Shown here: in pieces, positions 27,917-38,342 of the stretch
Layout: each line of letters begins with the position of its first letter
Position numbering within the stretch: the first letter of the stretch is position 1
Program-made: the position numbers and the translations under genes
From: an uncultured virus (IMG/VR IMGVR_UViG_3300042894_007218)
Taxonomy: Duplodnaviria; Heunggongvirae; Uroviricota; Caudoviricetes
Direction: 5' to 3' (one strand)
IMG/VR virus record: IMGVR_UViG_3300042894_007218
DNA: 46,145 bases
Notes under the pieces: generated by a model
What the model was told of the DNA's origin: nothing
Databases searched by the model: none
Seen by the model: the letters and a program-made list of their open reading frames with translations, nothing else

Positions 27917-28381
27917 ATGAAAATTAACGTTTATAGAATTGATTTTAGTAAATCTTCTTTTGAGTTGAATGAAGACTATGATCTTTTATCTGAATCTGAA
28001 CAAGAAAAAATATCTTCACTGGATACGGAATCGTTTTTTGATTATGAGGATGGCGAAGGAAGATACATTTGTTATTTGATTTGTAACGCTATAGAAATAA
28101 AAAAATATTCTGATGTATTAGGAAACAACCTAATTGGTCATCAAATTACTAATTTATCAAATGATATACTTAAATTTCTCATAAATCTCGAAGAAGATTT
28201 AAAGCCACTATTAAATACTATCAATTCAATAAAGTATAGTTTTTTTATTGATGATTTAAATGATTGGATAATTGAACATTTAGAAATAGACACGGTATTA
28301 GATAGAATAAGTGAATTGGGAGATATTGATAAGTTATCGTCTATTGAAAAAGAATTCTTAAAAAACTTTCATCTTCCATAA
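27917..28381 (+). CDS. hypothetical protein
   Basis: ORF; ends IDTVLDRISELG...EKEFL. Confidence 0.75.
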   Translation: MKINVYRIDFSKSSFELNEDYDLLSESEQEKISSLDTESFFDYEDGEGRYICYLICNAIEIKKYSDVLGNNLIGHQITNLSNDILKFLINLEEDLKPLLNTINSIKYSFFIDDLNDWIIEHLEIDTVLDRISELGDIDKLSSIEKEFLKNFHLP

Positions 28382-28411
28382 ATTATTACTATATTAGCAA
28401 AAATTACTTTT

Positions 28412-28603
28412 ATGATACAAAAATTAAAAAACTTTAAAAGAAAAGTTATAAAAACCGTAACACAGGCTTATGCTGACCAACTTGTTAAAAGAATGCAAAT
28501 TGAAGTTGATATAGAAGATCAAACTCAATTCTGGCTTTTATTTGAACAAGCAGCAAAACTTAATGCTTATTGTATAGTATTTCACGACATTTATTTAGAC
28601 TAA
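28412..28603 (+). CDS. hypothetical protein
   Basis: ORF abutting the next gene. Confidence 0.65.
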   Translation: MIQKLKNFKRKVIKTVTQAYADQLVKRMQIEVDIEDQTQFWLLFEQAAKLNAYCIVFHDIYLD

Positions 28604-28604
28604 A

Positions 28605-29024
28605 ATGAATAAATTATTCTTAGATGATATTAGATTTCCAAAAGACGCTATTGGACTAGTACCATCAATTATGAACAAATTTTACTGGGAAGATGATTGG
28701 AACATAGTAAGAAACTACTATGAGTTCTGTAATTATATACAAAAATTTGGAGTTCCTGATTTTATATCATTTGACCATGATTTGGCAGATGATCACTATA
28801 ATGATCTTTTTTCTAATGAAAACTGGACCAAAGATGATAGTGATATTGTTTTAAAATATGATGAATATAAAGAAAAAACAGGATACGAGTGTGCTAAATG
28901 GTTAGTTGATTGGTGTTTAGAATTCAATCATAAACTACCTGACTATGTTGTGCATTCTGCAAATCCTGTAGGTAAACAAAATATCGAATCTTATTTAAAT
29001 AACGCGAAAAAACATTTATTATAA
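28605..29024 (+). CDS. cyclic-phosphate-processing receiver-like domain protein
   Basis: LFLDDIR.P, ISFDHDL, TGYECAKWL, VHSANPVG motifs. Confidence 0.8.
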   Translation: MNKLFLDDIRFPKDAIGLVPSIMNKFYWEDDWNIVRNYYEFCNYIQKFGVPDFISFDHDLADDHYNDLFSNENWTKDDSDIVLKYDEYKEKTGYECAKWLVDWCLEFNHKLPDYVVHSANPVGKQNIESYLNNAKKHLL

Positions 29025-29329
29025 TGGATTTTATTAAGACACATCTTATTTCGAAAATTAAACAACAGGTAAAAGAAAAACAGGATATTTTAAAGTTTGA
29101 TGGATTTCTTTTTTTAGATAAAGATGTTAATAGTCGTGGTAACAAAAAAATTAATAGACTAAACAAATATAACCTTTATCAAAAAGAAGAATTACTACCA
29201 TTGAATTGGTATGATACAAAAGGTAATTCTCTCTTAGAAGTTTATACTCAATTAAAAGATAATAACTTTTACATTTATAAATTACTAAATGGTAGGTCTC
29301 ATAAAATGAGAATCAAAAAAAGAAAATGA
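29024..29329 (+). CDS. hypothetical protein
   Basis: Translationally coupled ORF. Confidence 0.65.
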   Translation: MDFIKTHLISKIKQQVKEKQDILKFDGFLFLDKDVNSRGNKKINRLNKYNLYQKEELLPLNWYDTKGNSLLEVYTQLKDNNFYIYKLLNGRSHKMRIKKRK

Positions 29330-30039
29330 TAGAAGCTCTAAGAAATGATTTTAAATATTCAGTGTCATATAATTATGACACCATATATTCGTGCGAGGAA
29401 TCCGGGTGTAATGAAGAGGGTATTTGTAGGTGTGGTTATATCACAAATACATACTTATATAAAGTTGATGTTTTTGCGATAGTTACTGATATTTATTCAG
29501 AGATTTTTGATAATTCAATCTCTACAAAAAGACATAACGCCATTAACTCTCTTTGGGGTATATCTGAAGATATCGAGAAATATACTATCGATAGAATTTT
29601 AAGAATTAATAAGGTTTGGAAACCAGAATTTTGGGACATAAATGTTGGTGGTGGTTATTATGGTCAGGAAATTGATGAAGTTGTCCTTATTGAAGATATG
29701 GTTTTGAAATTAAATTCTCAATTAGAAAAAGCTTTTGAAATTGATAATCTAACAGAAAGAATTGAGTATCTTTTAGAACTTGAAAATGGATTTATATTAG
29801 AAGATATAAAAAATAAGAAATATGTAGTATCTGTTATTGATATAGATGATGTTGTTTTTTCAAATACAGAACATAAAAGAAAGATTTTAATCGAAGAGTT
29901 AGAACATTATTCTGATAGGAACTATAAGGGTATTCGAGGTATTGTCAAAAAGGATGGTAATAAATTTAAATTAATTGATGGTTATCACAGACTTTCCAAA
30001 ACCGAAAATAAATTAGTCAAAGTGTTAGTTGTTGAATAA
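29326..30039 (+). CDS. protein with C-terminal ParB/Srx-like motif
   Basis: FKLIDGYHRL. Confidence 0.6.
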   Translation: MIEALRNDFKYSVSYNYDTIYSCEESGCNEEGICRCGYITNTYLYKVDVFAIVTDIYSEIFDNSISTKRHNAINSLWGISEDIEKYTIDRILRINKVWKPEFWDINVGGGYYGQEIDEVVLIEDMVLKLNSQLEKAFEIDNLTERIEYLLELENGFILEDIKNKKYVVSVIDIDDVVFSNTEHKRKILIEELEHYSDRNYKGIRGIVKKDGNKFKLIDGYHRLSKTENKLVKVLVVE

Positions 30040-30068
30040 ACTTTTTACCTTATAATCATAACATAATT

Positions 30069-30791
30069 ATGGAATTAAATAAAATCTACCACGGTGATTG
30101 TTTAGAAGGTCTTAAATCAATGTCTGAAGCAACAGTTGATTTAGTTGTTACATCACCTCCTTACAATCTTAATATTGATTATGCTCATCATAAAGATGAT
30201 ATGAAATTAGAAGCTTACTACAATTGGTGTAGAGAGTGGATTTCAGAATGTTATCGGGTATTAAAACCAGGTGGTAGATTTTGTCTTCAAATAGGTTGCT
30301 TTCAGTCTCAGTTAAATGAGCCTTCCTATGCGACCTTCACAAATATATTTCAGGAGGTAGGATTTACTTTTAGAGAGTTTATTATTTGGAATAAAAATCA
30401 AATTCCTAAAAGAACAGCGTGGGGTAGTTGGAAAAGCCCATCAAACCCACGCATCTTACCTCCATTTGAAATGATTATTAATTTTCACAAAGGTTCTCCT
30501 AAGATTTTAGAAAAAGGTGAAACTGATTTAACTAAAGAAGAATTTGTTGCTTGGACAAACGGTCTTTGGGTTATGGCTCCTGAAAGTGCTAAAAAAAGAA
30601 ATCATCCAGCTCCTTTCCCAGAAGAATTAGTAACTCGTTGTATTAAAATGCACTCTTATATTGGTGGTGTTGTACTTGATCCATTTAATGGTAGTGGAAC
30701 AACTACATCAGTTGCTAATAAGTTAGGAAGAAAATGGATTGGTTATGACATTACTGAAGAGTATTGTAGTTTAGCAGAAGATAGGATATAA
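30069..30791 (+). CDS. DNA methyltransferase, N4-C/N6-A beta class
   Basis: VTSPPYN precedes HPAPFP and VLDPFNGSGTT. Confidence 0.92.
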   Translation: MELNKIYHGDCLEGLKSMSEATVDLVVTSPPYNLNIDYAHHKDDMKLEAYYNWCREWISECYRVLKPGGRFCLQIGCFQSQLNEPSYATFTNIFQEVGFTFREFIIWNKNQIPKRTAWGSWKSPSNPRILPPFEMIINFHKGSPKILEKGETDLTKEEFVAWTNGLWVMAPESAKKRNHPAPFPEELVTRCIKMHSYIGGVVLDPFNGSGTTTSVANKLGRKWIGYDITEEYCSLAEDRI

Positions 30792-30822
30792 AAAAAGAGA
30801 GTCAAATGACTCTCTTTTTTTT
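30791..30822. terminator. bidirectional terminator
   Basis: AAAAAAGAGAGTC/GACTCTCTTTTTT. Confidence 0.85.
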
Positions 30823-30824
30823 AA

Positions 30825-31772
30825 TTATTTTTTATATCTTCTTTTTTCCATCATAGCTGGTTCTTCAGTTTTTGCTAAAGACATATCTGTATTTGGTTCA
30901 TTTTTCCAAACTTCACCTAATCTCATTAAGTCATTATTTTTCTGAGGACTTGAATTATACATATCTAACCATTCTCCAAGTGTAATCATTCTTGGTCTAA
31001 ATGAAAGTATAGATTTGAATTTATCAAATTCTTTTTGTTTTTCTTCTTCACTTTTAAATTCTGCTGGCATGACACCACCCATACGACCACTTGCGTATTG
31101 ATGTCCCATTTTCATTTCACCTGATTCAACATCGCTAAAAGGAGCATATATATTTGATTCCTCTTTGTAAGCTATCCAATCTTGTTCTAACATAGACCAT
31201 ATTGTAGTTTCTGTATTAATTGTGCTTCCTGAAAATTCAAAATCAATATGTTGAAAACCTTTGCTTAAAAGTTTATCGTTATCTGTCATTTCTGGATGTC
31301 CCTGGTAATTAGGAACTTTCAAATTAAGTAATGACATCTGAGATGGATGTTTAGACAAATCAAATACTTTTGGAAAATTCTTTGAGACTTTTGCTATTGC
31401 TAGTCTATCTAAGTTATATACTAATTCTCCATCTTGAAAATAGCTTCCAGTCAAAAGAAGAAAATCTACCGGTGAGCTTACTTCTCTTACCTTATCTGCA
31501 GGTATATCTGATAAAGTGATTTTTTTATCCCAAGGTTTTTGACCAAAAGTTGGATTATATACTGAATACTCGTTAGAAGAAAGTTCATATATCTCGCCAT
31601 ATGTAGGTAATCCATTTTTGTTCCATAAGTCCAATGTAGTTCTATCTACACCTCTTGCGAAAAGATTTTTAATTTTGTTCCAAACATTTCCAAAAATATT
31701 GGCTTCATTTACTTCCTGAGACTTATTATACTCAGTGCTTTCAAATACTTTATATGATTTAACGTACTTCAT
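30825..31772 (-). CDS. hypothetical protein (MKYVKSYKVFES motif)
   Basis: 315-aa ORF. Confidence 0.8.
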   Translation of the reverse strand: MKYVKSYKVFESTEYNKSQEVNEANIFGNVWNKIKNLFARGVDRTTLDLWNKNGLPTYGEIYELSSNEYSVYNPTFGQKPWDKKITLSDIPADKVREVSSPVDFLLLTGSYFQDGELVYNLDRLAIAKVSKNFPKVFDLSKHPSQMSLLNLKVPNYQGHPEMTDNDKLLSKGFQHIDFEFSGSTINTETTIWSMLEQDWIAYKEESNIYAPFSDVESGEMKMGHQYASGRMGGVMPAEFKSEEEKQKEFDKFKSILSFRPRMITLGEWLDMYNSSPQKNNDLMRLGEVWKNEPNTDMSLAKTEEPAMMEKRRYKK

Positions 31773-31828
31773 ATTTTTATTTTATTTTTTATTATATATT
31801 AATATTTTTTTTTAAGATTTTAACTTAT

Positions 31829-33739
31829 TTATTTCCCAATAAATTCATTTGTGTCTATTTCTTCAAATCTTGCTTGAAATCTTCCCAATCTCTTTCTAAG
31901 TTGTTGTTTATATTCATCGTTGTCTTTATCATTGAATTTAATTTGTAATTGACCTTTCTCTTCAATAACATCTTCAATTCTTTTTATTTCATATTTTAAT
32001 TTAGATTTAATCATATCTCTTATTTCTAAGATACTCTTTTCATAAGCAAACTTATCAGTCAACCTTTTTTTCTTGTTATCTACTTTAATTTCTAAAACTA
32101 ACGAATCAACTTCAGATAGATATTCAATTCGTTCTAATTCTTCTGGGTTTTCACCAACTATTTTATAAGTTTCTAATTGGAATTGAATTGGAATAGGCTC
32201 ATCTGTATAATCTAAAGTAAATAGTTCTCTTAAAGCATAACTATAATTATCCCAATCACCCCACTCTTTAGAAAGAACTTCAAACCATTTTTGGTCTCTA
32301 TATTCTCTCGCATTTATGATATCATCATCATCTCTATGATACCAGTTTGAATCTGCACCTATTGGATCACCATCACTATCAATTTTTTTGATAACTTCAA
32401 CCGCATTCTCATCATAAAGATAGTATCCATATGCTTCTGAATATACAGCGTCATCGGTGTGAATTGGTTCATCTAACCACTCATCAAAAACAATATCATC
32501 ACAATCTTCTGGATACCAAGCATTTCTATTTCTACGAGAACCCGTTTCTATATAAGTTGCATAGTCTCTGTTTAAGTATGAGTCCGCCCAATCCGACCAA
32601 ACTGCTTGGTCGTGTGGAATTCTTCTATCATGCCACTCTGACCAAACACCAGATGCAATTTCTTCATAACCACCACCGGTATCATTTAAAATATATTGAC
32701 CTTCATAACTTTCATCTTCATCATCATCGTTGTAAAGAATTCCTTCGTTTGGATCAAATCTTTTAAAAGTATCCATATAAGGATATCTTCCGTAGTTTTT
32801 TGCTTTCAATTGCACTTCTAATGTAGCATTTTTCTCTTCACCATCTATTGTTACATTACTAAATGAATGATGATTATTACTTGATTTATAAATCCAACCT
32901 TTTTCTTTAGCATAGTTTCTAAATTTCTCAACATCAGAATCCTTAATAGTATATTGTCTATCCATAAACCAACTGTCCTGTGCTGGATCTTTTCCATATA
33001 TTTTAATTGAGCTTAATTTCCAAACTAAAGCTCTTCCAATAAGTTTATCATCTTCTAAAAGTATGAGCATTTTACACACATCTGTATTCTCGGTATAAAT
33101 TCCAAAAAGTCCAGATTTTCTAGCCATACAAGAGTTACCTAAAGTTCCAGACATTTCTTTATAATTATCAGCGTTATACCATATATTGATGGCATCTCCA
33201 GAAACTTCTTCAAAATACTCACCTTGTTTTGATAAAGAGGCTTTAAATTTATTTGTAAATTCTTCAATATCTTTTGATGTGTATTTACCGGGAAGTAGAG
33301 CATTTACTAATCTTCCTAACTTAACATCGTTTCTTGATTTACTTTTTAAATCATACTCATTAAACATGTGGTTGACATCTGTTTGAGTAGTTTCGCCCTT
33401 GTCAATTTTAGATAACATTATATCTAAAATTTGTTTAGTTCGTTCATCGCCCAAATTATTTTCTTTACCCCAATCAGTAAAAGATTTTTCTACATTATTT
33501 TTTAAGTTTCTTAAAGTAGATCCTGAAATATAACCTTCTCTATCAGAAAGAGATATAAAAGTCATATCATTTTTAACATCTCTATATTCTAAATCAATAA
33601 GGTCTTTTGCTATTTCAGATTGTTTTGATAACTTATAAAGAACATCTTTAAAGTCTTTTACATAATAAACATAAGTTTCATTAATTAAACTTTCAAAAAG
33701 TAAGTCCTCTTCAATAAATTTATTATATCTTAAAATCAT
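31829..33739 (-). CDS. large hypothetical phage protein
   Basis: 636 aa; NSCM, GRALVW, MDRQY, YPYMDTF blocks; D/W-rich short repeats. Confidence 0.8.
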   Translation of the reverse strand: MILRYNKFIEEDLLFESLINETYVYYVKDFKDVLYKLSKQSEIAKDLIDLEYRDVKNDMTFISLSDREGYISGSTLRNLKNNVEKSFTDWGKENNLGDERTKQILDIMLSKIDKGETTQTDVNHMFNEYDLKSKSRNDVKLGRLVNALLPGKYTSKDIEEFTNKFKASLSKQGEYFEEVSGDAINIWYNADNYKEMSGTLGNSCMARKSGLFGIYTENTDVCKMLILLEDDKLIGRALVWKLSSIKIYGKDPAQDSWFMDRQYTIKDSDVEKFRNYAKEKGWIYKSSNNHHSFSNVTIDGEEKNATLEVQLKAKNYGRYPYMDTFKRFDPNEGILYNDDDEDESYEGQYILNDTGGGYEEIASGVWSEWHDRRIPHDQAVWSDWADSYLNRDYATYIETGSRRNRNAWYPEDCDDIVFDEWLDEPIHTDDAVYSEAYGYYLYDENAVEVIKKIDSDGDPIGADSNWYHRDDDDIINAREYRDQKWFEVLSKEWGDWDNYSYALRELFTLDYTDEPIPIQFQLETYKIVGENPEELERIEYLSEVDSLVLEIKVDNKKKRLTDKFAYEKSILEIRDMIKSKLKYEIKRIEDVIEEKGQLQIKFNDKDNDEYKQQLRKRLGRFQARFEEIDTNEFIGK

Positions 33740-33791
33740 AATTTATATATTAAATTTCTGCAGTTAAATTTATTTTATATATATTTGTAGT

Positions 33792-34268
33792 ATGAAATTA
33801 AAAGAGCCTTTTGTGATGTTACTTATTGGACCAACTTTATCAGGTAAATCCACTTGGATAAGAAACAATTATCCTGATGTAAATATTATCTCAAGAGATG
33901 AAATTTTAATGGAAGTTGCGGGAACCAGAGATTACAATAAGGCTTTTGAAACAGTCGACCAAAAATTAGTTGATAGAGTTTTAGCAGAAAGACTTACCGA
34001 AGCTAACTTTAATAAAACATCAACTATTGTTGATATGACAAATATGACAACAAAAAGAAGAGCACAAACACTTAGATATTTTGATGATGGTTTTTACAAA
34101 ATGGCTATTGTTTTTTCTATTCTTTCCGATGATCAATACCAAATGAGAAACATTGATAGAAATGCTAAAGAAAACAAATGGATACCACCATCGGTAATAA
34201 AATCAATGATAGATTCTTATCAGGAGCCTCAATATGACGAGGGTTTCAACAACATCATTTTTCTATAA
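33792..34268 (+). CDS. P-loop kinase (AAA_33/polynucleotide-kinase-like)
   Basis: GPTLSGKST, ISRD, IVDMTN. Confidence 0.85.
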   Translation: MKLKEPFVMLLIGPTLSGKSTWIRNNYPDVNIISRDEILMEVAGTRDYNKAFETVDQKLVDRVLAERLTEANFNKTSTIVDMTNMTTKRRAQTLRYFDDGFYKMAIVFSILSDDQYQMRNIDRNAKENKWIPPSVIKSMIDSYQEPQYDEGFNNIIFL

Positions 34269-34334
34269 AAAATCCTTGAAATTTTGGTAAAATCAAAGTT
34301 TCATATTATATTTGTATAAATAACACGGATATAT

Positions 34335-34691
34335 ATGATTTCTACTGAGCACGTAATTGATTTTGACAACTTGGTACTAACTTCAAAAGAGGTTTTTGAT
34401 GATTGGGAATGTCTAATTTGTGAACACGACGGTTATTACTCAGAAGAAGATCAATACTTAAACTTTGATTTCAAAGGTATTGAAGTTATTATTGGATTTG
34501 AATTAACTATTAAAGGTTGGTCTTGGTATCGACCTGCTTCATATATGGAGCCAGAAGATGGTGAAGTTAATATTACAGATGTTGATATTGATGTAAATTA
34601 CCTATTGATCGCTGATGAAGAGGTAGTTGTTGATGAGGATCTCAAAAAGACCTTATCAGAAGTAGTAAAAAAATATGTTACAAATGAATAA
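34335..34691 (+). CDS. hypothetical acidic protein
   Basis: ORF after promoter at 34283-34314. Confidence 0.7.
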   Translation: MISTEHVIDFDNLVLTSKEVFDDWECLICEHDGYYSEEDQYLNFDFKGIEVIIGFELTIKGWSWYRPASYMEPEDGEVNITDVDIDVNYLLIADEEVVVDEDLKKTLSEVVKKYVTNE

Positions 34692-34995
34692 AGTTTATTT
34701 TAACAAAGAAAAAAAAGTATGGTTTGTAAATGAACCAGAAGATTTTTACAGTTTCAAAAGTGTCAACTATGAAACAAATGAAGAGATAAATCAAATTCTT
34801 TCTTGGACTCGTGGTTTTGATTTAACAAATTATCCACATCATGTAAGAATGTATGATGTTCAAATAGAAGGTGTTAAATATTTATTTCTAATGAGACAAC
34901 TTGATGATTGTTATATCATTGAATCAGAAAATCCACTTTCTTTAGATGAACTGATAAATGACCAGTCTATATTTTTTACCGGAGAAACGATTTAA
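34684..34995 (+). CDS. hypothetical protein
   Basis: ORF (MNKVYF start). Confidence 0.65.
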   Translation: MNKVYFNKEKKVWFVNEPEDFYSFKSVNYETNEEINQILSWTRGFDLTNYPHHVRMYDVQIEGVKYLFLMRQLDDCYIIESENPLSLDELINDQSIFFTGETI

Positions 34996-35016
34996 TCTTT
35001 TTAATATATACTCCTA

Positions 35017-35886
35017 ATGAAAGTAAGAAAATTAGGAGATTGGAAACCACGAGTTTTGATTTTTCAGGGTTCACCGAGAGATCCAGAAACTTGTTCGAAT
35101 ATGGAATCAAAAACACATAAGATTATTAAGTATATGATTTCTAAGTGGTCTCCATTTGTCAATTTTCAAGTAATTGACTTAGCCGTAAATCAAAACAAAA
35201 GACCTATTATTCAACCTTGTAAAGGTTGTATTTCCACCGCTGGTGGTTACCATTGTCACTTTGATTGTTCTTGTTATTTTAAGGGAGACCATAAAAAACC
35301 GGACTTATTAAAAGAGTTAGATGTTTATACTAAACTTCAAGAATGTGATGCTTTTCTTATAGTATCACCTATTCATTGGCATGCCTTAAGTTCTCAAATC
35401 AAAACTTTATTTGATAGACTTGTTTGTGTAAATGAAACACTAACAATAGATGATGCGAAGAAATTGATGGGTGATGATAATATAAAAAATTCAGAAATTA
35501 CTGGAAAATTTGCACGTTCTGGTAAATATGACAGTATGTTGAGAAATCATTTAGAAGGAAAGGTCGCTGCTTTTTATGTACATGGTGATAACGGGGCTGA
35601 TGATTATGAAGGTAAAGAATATCCACAATCTTATCAAGACGTTTTAGACGATGGCTTTGGAAATAATCCAAAGGCTACTGTTATGCCTTATGTAATGCAA
35701 TTAAAATATTCTGGAATTTTTGTACCTGATGAATTGATAGAAGCGTTTTATATTAATGAAGGTATCAATTATAACTTGGCTAATAAAAATTTCAATAAAG
35801 AAAAAGATTTTTTTGATAGAGCTGATCATTTACTAGAAAACTTACTTACATATTTAGAAGAAAATAAATACAAAGAAAAGTTATGA
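35017..35886 (+). CDS. flavodoxin-fold NAD(P)H-dependent FMN reductase / iron-sulfur flavoprotein-like
   Basis: QGSPR, PCKGC...CHFDCSC, SPIHW...KTLFDRL. Confidence 0.85.
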   Translation: MKVRKLGDWKPRVLIFQGSPRDPETCSNMESKTHKIIKYMISKWSPFVNFQVIDLAVNQNKRPIIQPCKGCISTAGGYHCHFDCSCYFKGDHKKPDLLKELDVYTKLQECDAFLIVSPIHWHALSSQIKTLFDRLVCVNETLTIDDAKKLMGDDNIKNSEITGKFARSGKYDSMLRNHLEGKVAAFYVHGDNGADDYEGKEYPQSYQDVLDDGFGNNPKATVMPYVMQLKYSGIFVPDELIEAFYINEGINYNLANKNFNKEKDFFDRADHLLENLLTYLEENKYKEKL

Positions 35887-36086
35887 TGGATTTTAAAGAC
35901 AAAATTATTTATATAATGATTATTGGTATAATGTCTATACTTGGTTTTATTGTTATTGGTGATTTTGTAGTTGCTCTTTTAGAAAGAAGACCGGTAGATG
36001 AAAAAATTACTGATTTATTACAAATTGTAATAACTGGTTTAATAGGTATTGTTGGTGGATATTTTGGTTCAAAAAATAAAAACTAA
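35883..36086 (+). CDS. small two-TM membrane protein
   Basis: Two hydrophobic helices; GYFGS plus basic tail. Confidence 0.7.
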   Translation: MMDFKDKIIYIMIIGIMSILGFIVIGDFVVALLERRPVDEKITDLLQIVITGLIGIVGGYFGSKNKN

Positions 36087-36353
36087 ATGAGATATTTAGA
36101 AAGTTTTCAAGATAAACTGCCAGATAAATCTGGAGTTGATATGTGGCAAAATTATATTGAACAACAATATAAAGATAAGATATTTGATACTGAATTTGGT
36201 AAAATGGTTCAGATAGATGATAAAACCTATTTTCTAAATAATAAAACTGATGTTGTTAATAGAATGTTCTTTGAAATATCTAACAATATTAAAGGTAAAA
36301 TACATGAGCCGAGTTTAAGAAGAGCCATCAAGAATTGGATTAACAATATATAG
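36087..36353 (+). CDS. hypothetical protein
   Basis: ORF; MRYLESF motif. Confidence 0.7.
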   Translation: MRYLESFQDKLPDKSGVDMWQNYIEQQYKDKIFDTEFGKMVQIDDKTYFLNNKTDVVNRMFFEISNNIKGKIHEPSLRRAIKNWINNI

Positions 36354-36387
36354 ATAAATTATTCTTTAGATATTTAATATATAATGT

Positions 36388-36894
36388 ATGAAAATTAGAA
36401 AGTTCAATGAAGAAGTTGGTTTCGATGATGAAGAAACTAGAGACCGTTTAGAGATTGCAAATCTGCGAGGTGAACTTGATCCTTCTAGTTCGAGTATGAG
36501 AACCTATGTACTTCCTCAAACTAAAATCAATACAGATACTGAGATAAAAAAACTTGTTTATAGAGAGCAAATACTTGATAGATTTAAAACTGATGTCAAA
36601 AGAATTGAAGGTTCTAAACTAATTAGTTTTTTTGCAACAAGTAAAGAACCAGTTGATGGTATTGAATACTATGCTCAATTATCTTTTGCTTATCATATGG
36701 GCCAATACTACATTGGTACAATTATTAGAAACAGAGAGGACTTTGAAAATGAAGAAAGATGGGTTAGACAGACATTCTTCTTTGATAATATTGAACAGGT
36801 TTATAAAATCTCTTCACTTTTCATAAAAGAGTGTGAAAGACTAAATGTAGTTGATAGTGGTGATTTAGAGCCATATCGTACTGAACAAAATTAA
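36388..36894 (+). CDS. hypothetical protein (MKIRKFNEE motif)
   Basis: ORF after AATATATA. Confidence 0.75.
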   Translation: MKIRKFNEEVGFDDEETRDRLEIANLRGELDPSSSSMRTYVLPQTKINTDTEIKKLVYREQILDRFKTDVKRIEGSKLISFFATSKEPVDGIEYYAQLSFAYHMGQYYIGTIIRNREDFENEERWVRQTFFFDNIEQVYKISSLFIKECERLNVVDSGDLEPYRTEQN

Positions 36895-36916
36895 TTTTAA
36901 TTTTTTTTCTTAAAAA

Positions 36917-37215
36917 TTTGGTGGATTTGAAATATTGCCTTATCTTTGTATTAACAAACGATGGGGAAGTTCCAGAGCGGCAAATGGAGTTACGTTGTAA
37001 CGTGACTGGTCTCAATAGATCTTCGTAGGTTCGAGTCCTAACCTTTCCCACAAAAAGATTTGGTAGATTGAAAAATTTTACTTATCTTTGTAAAACAAAT
37101 CAGAAACGTCTGATATAATTAAAAGTTCTTTGAAAAACGGTTTAGTACTAAACAAACTAAACCAAAAAAAAAGTAAAAAAAGATTTGGTCGAAATAAAAA
37201 AAGTTCATATCTTTG
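36917..37215 (+). promoter_or_regulatory. three tandem Bacteroidota-type promoters (36917-36948, 37059-37090, 37184-37215)
   Basis: TTTGG-start, N20 spacer, TATCTTTG in all three. Confidence 0.8.
36963..37050 (+). tRNA. tRNA-Tyr(GTA)-like with irregular anticodon loop
   Basis: Tyr-type D-arm and variable arm; gttacg TTGTAA cgtgac (6-nt loop). Confidence 0.6.
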
Positions 37216-37253
37216 TAAAACAAAATTGAAATAAGAAATATAAAAATACACAT

Positions 37254-37326
37254 CGCGGGATAGAGCAGTCGGTAGCTCGCAAGGCTCATAACCTTGAGGT
37301 CGTTGGTTCGAGTCCAGCTCCCGCTA
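37254..37326 (+). tRNA. tRNA-fMet(CAT), second type
   Basis: caagg CT CAT AA ccttg; C1:U72 mismatch. Confidence 0.9.
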
Positions 37327-37374
37327 CAAAAGAGTTCTCAACGGAGAACATCGTTCTTTGAAATATTGTCTTTA

Positions 37375-38205
37375 ACAGTCGGTTTCGGCTGACTGTGAAA
37401 AGAAGGGCGGCTTATAGTCCTTAAAATAAACCGTGAAAGCGGGATAAAGTGAACAGAATAGCTAAATCTGTTTGCGTCTTGAACCCTCGGGTTTGAGGTC
37501 GAGTAAGCAAGTGGGATACCACAACTCCTTATTAATCGAGGGTAACACTGTAGATGAAATGGATTTGTGACCAGGCAATTGTAGATTGTTTGGTTGACTT
37601 CGGAAGAAGAATAGGAATAACCCATAGGTCTGTTGCGAGAAGTGTTGACTCACCGGTCTTCATCATTGCGGAGCCCAACTTAAGAGGTGTCTTAAAGTCG
37701 AAAGACAATCAGGTGTACGGGTGGTGCTGTTACTTGACACTCTTCTCTCTACCAGGAGAGTTGTTGTGGAGATATCTTAAAGAGTTGTGATGGAGGCATC
37801 ACACGGAGTAGTTCAGTATTCTTGAGGTCAAAAGCTTTGAGAGCTGAGAGGTAACCACTACTTCGACAAATCTACAAAGCACTAAATTTCACTATTAATG
37901 AAACATTTAAAAAGGAAATCGAAAGTGTTACCTAGTTACTGATGAAAGGTACCTACCCAGTCGTGAGTGTTCACGGCCACTGATGCTCGAAAGGCTGATG
38001 TGATTTCATCGAAAAGCTTATAGAGGGTCGAACCTCGAGTCAGCTCGCAAGGTTGAGTAAGTGGATTAAATGGAGAGTAATTAGTAACTTAAGGAGTGGT
38101 TAGTCTAACTAACCGGTACTGACAGAGTACTTCTCAAAAGGAAGTGGATAAGAAGGGAAACCATAATCTAACAAAAGTTCTGTCGTCAAAGGCGTAATCT
38201 CAGCC
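37375..38205 (+). ncRNA. large structured RNA, probably GOLLD
   Basis: About 830 nt, GC-richer, no credible ORF, many GNRA/UUCG-capped hairpins, flanked by tRNAs, ends in hairpin plus T-run. Confidence 0.65.
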
Positions 38206-38258
38206 TTTTTTGGTCGGTTCATAGGAACCTCTGAGAGCGAGACTCAGACCGACCTCAA

Positions 38259-38342
38259 AAGTTTTCGTAGTGGTTAACTTGGTCTGTTCTTACAGAGTGA
38301 ATACCTGACTTCACATCTCAAGTTTTCGTAGTGGTTAACTTG
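38259..38342 (+). repeat. two exact 23-nt direct repeats separated by 38 nt
   Basis: AAGTTTTCGTAGTGGTTAACTTG at 38259-38281 and 38320-38342. Confidence 0.9.

Noticed and set aside
30069..30791. Restriction-modification system
   Set aside because: No adjacent restriction endonuclease is recognisable; probably an orphan methyltransferase.
37338..37790. Short ORFs inside the large structured RNA
   Set aside because: Mutually overlapping, atypical composition; the region is better explained as ncRNA.
37375..38205. rRNA, tmRNA, RNase P or group I/II intron identity for the large RNA
   Set aside because: I could not find their hallmark sequences or an interrupted host gene by eye; a covariance-model search is still needed.
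38259..38342. Bona fide CRISPR array
   Set aside because: Only two repeats and no cas genes in the window; kept as a repeat finding.
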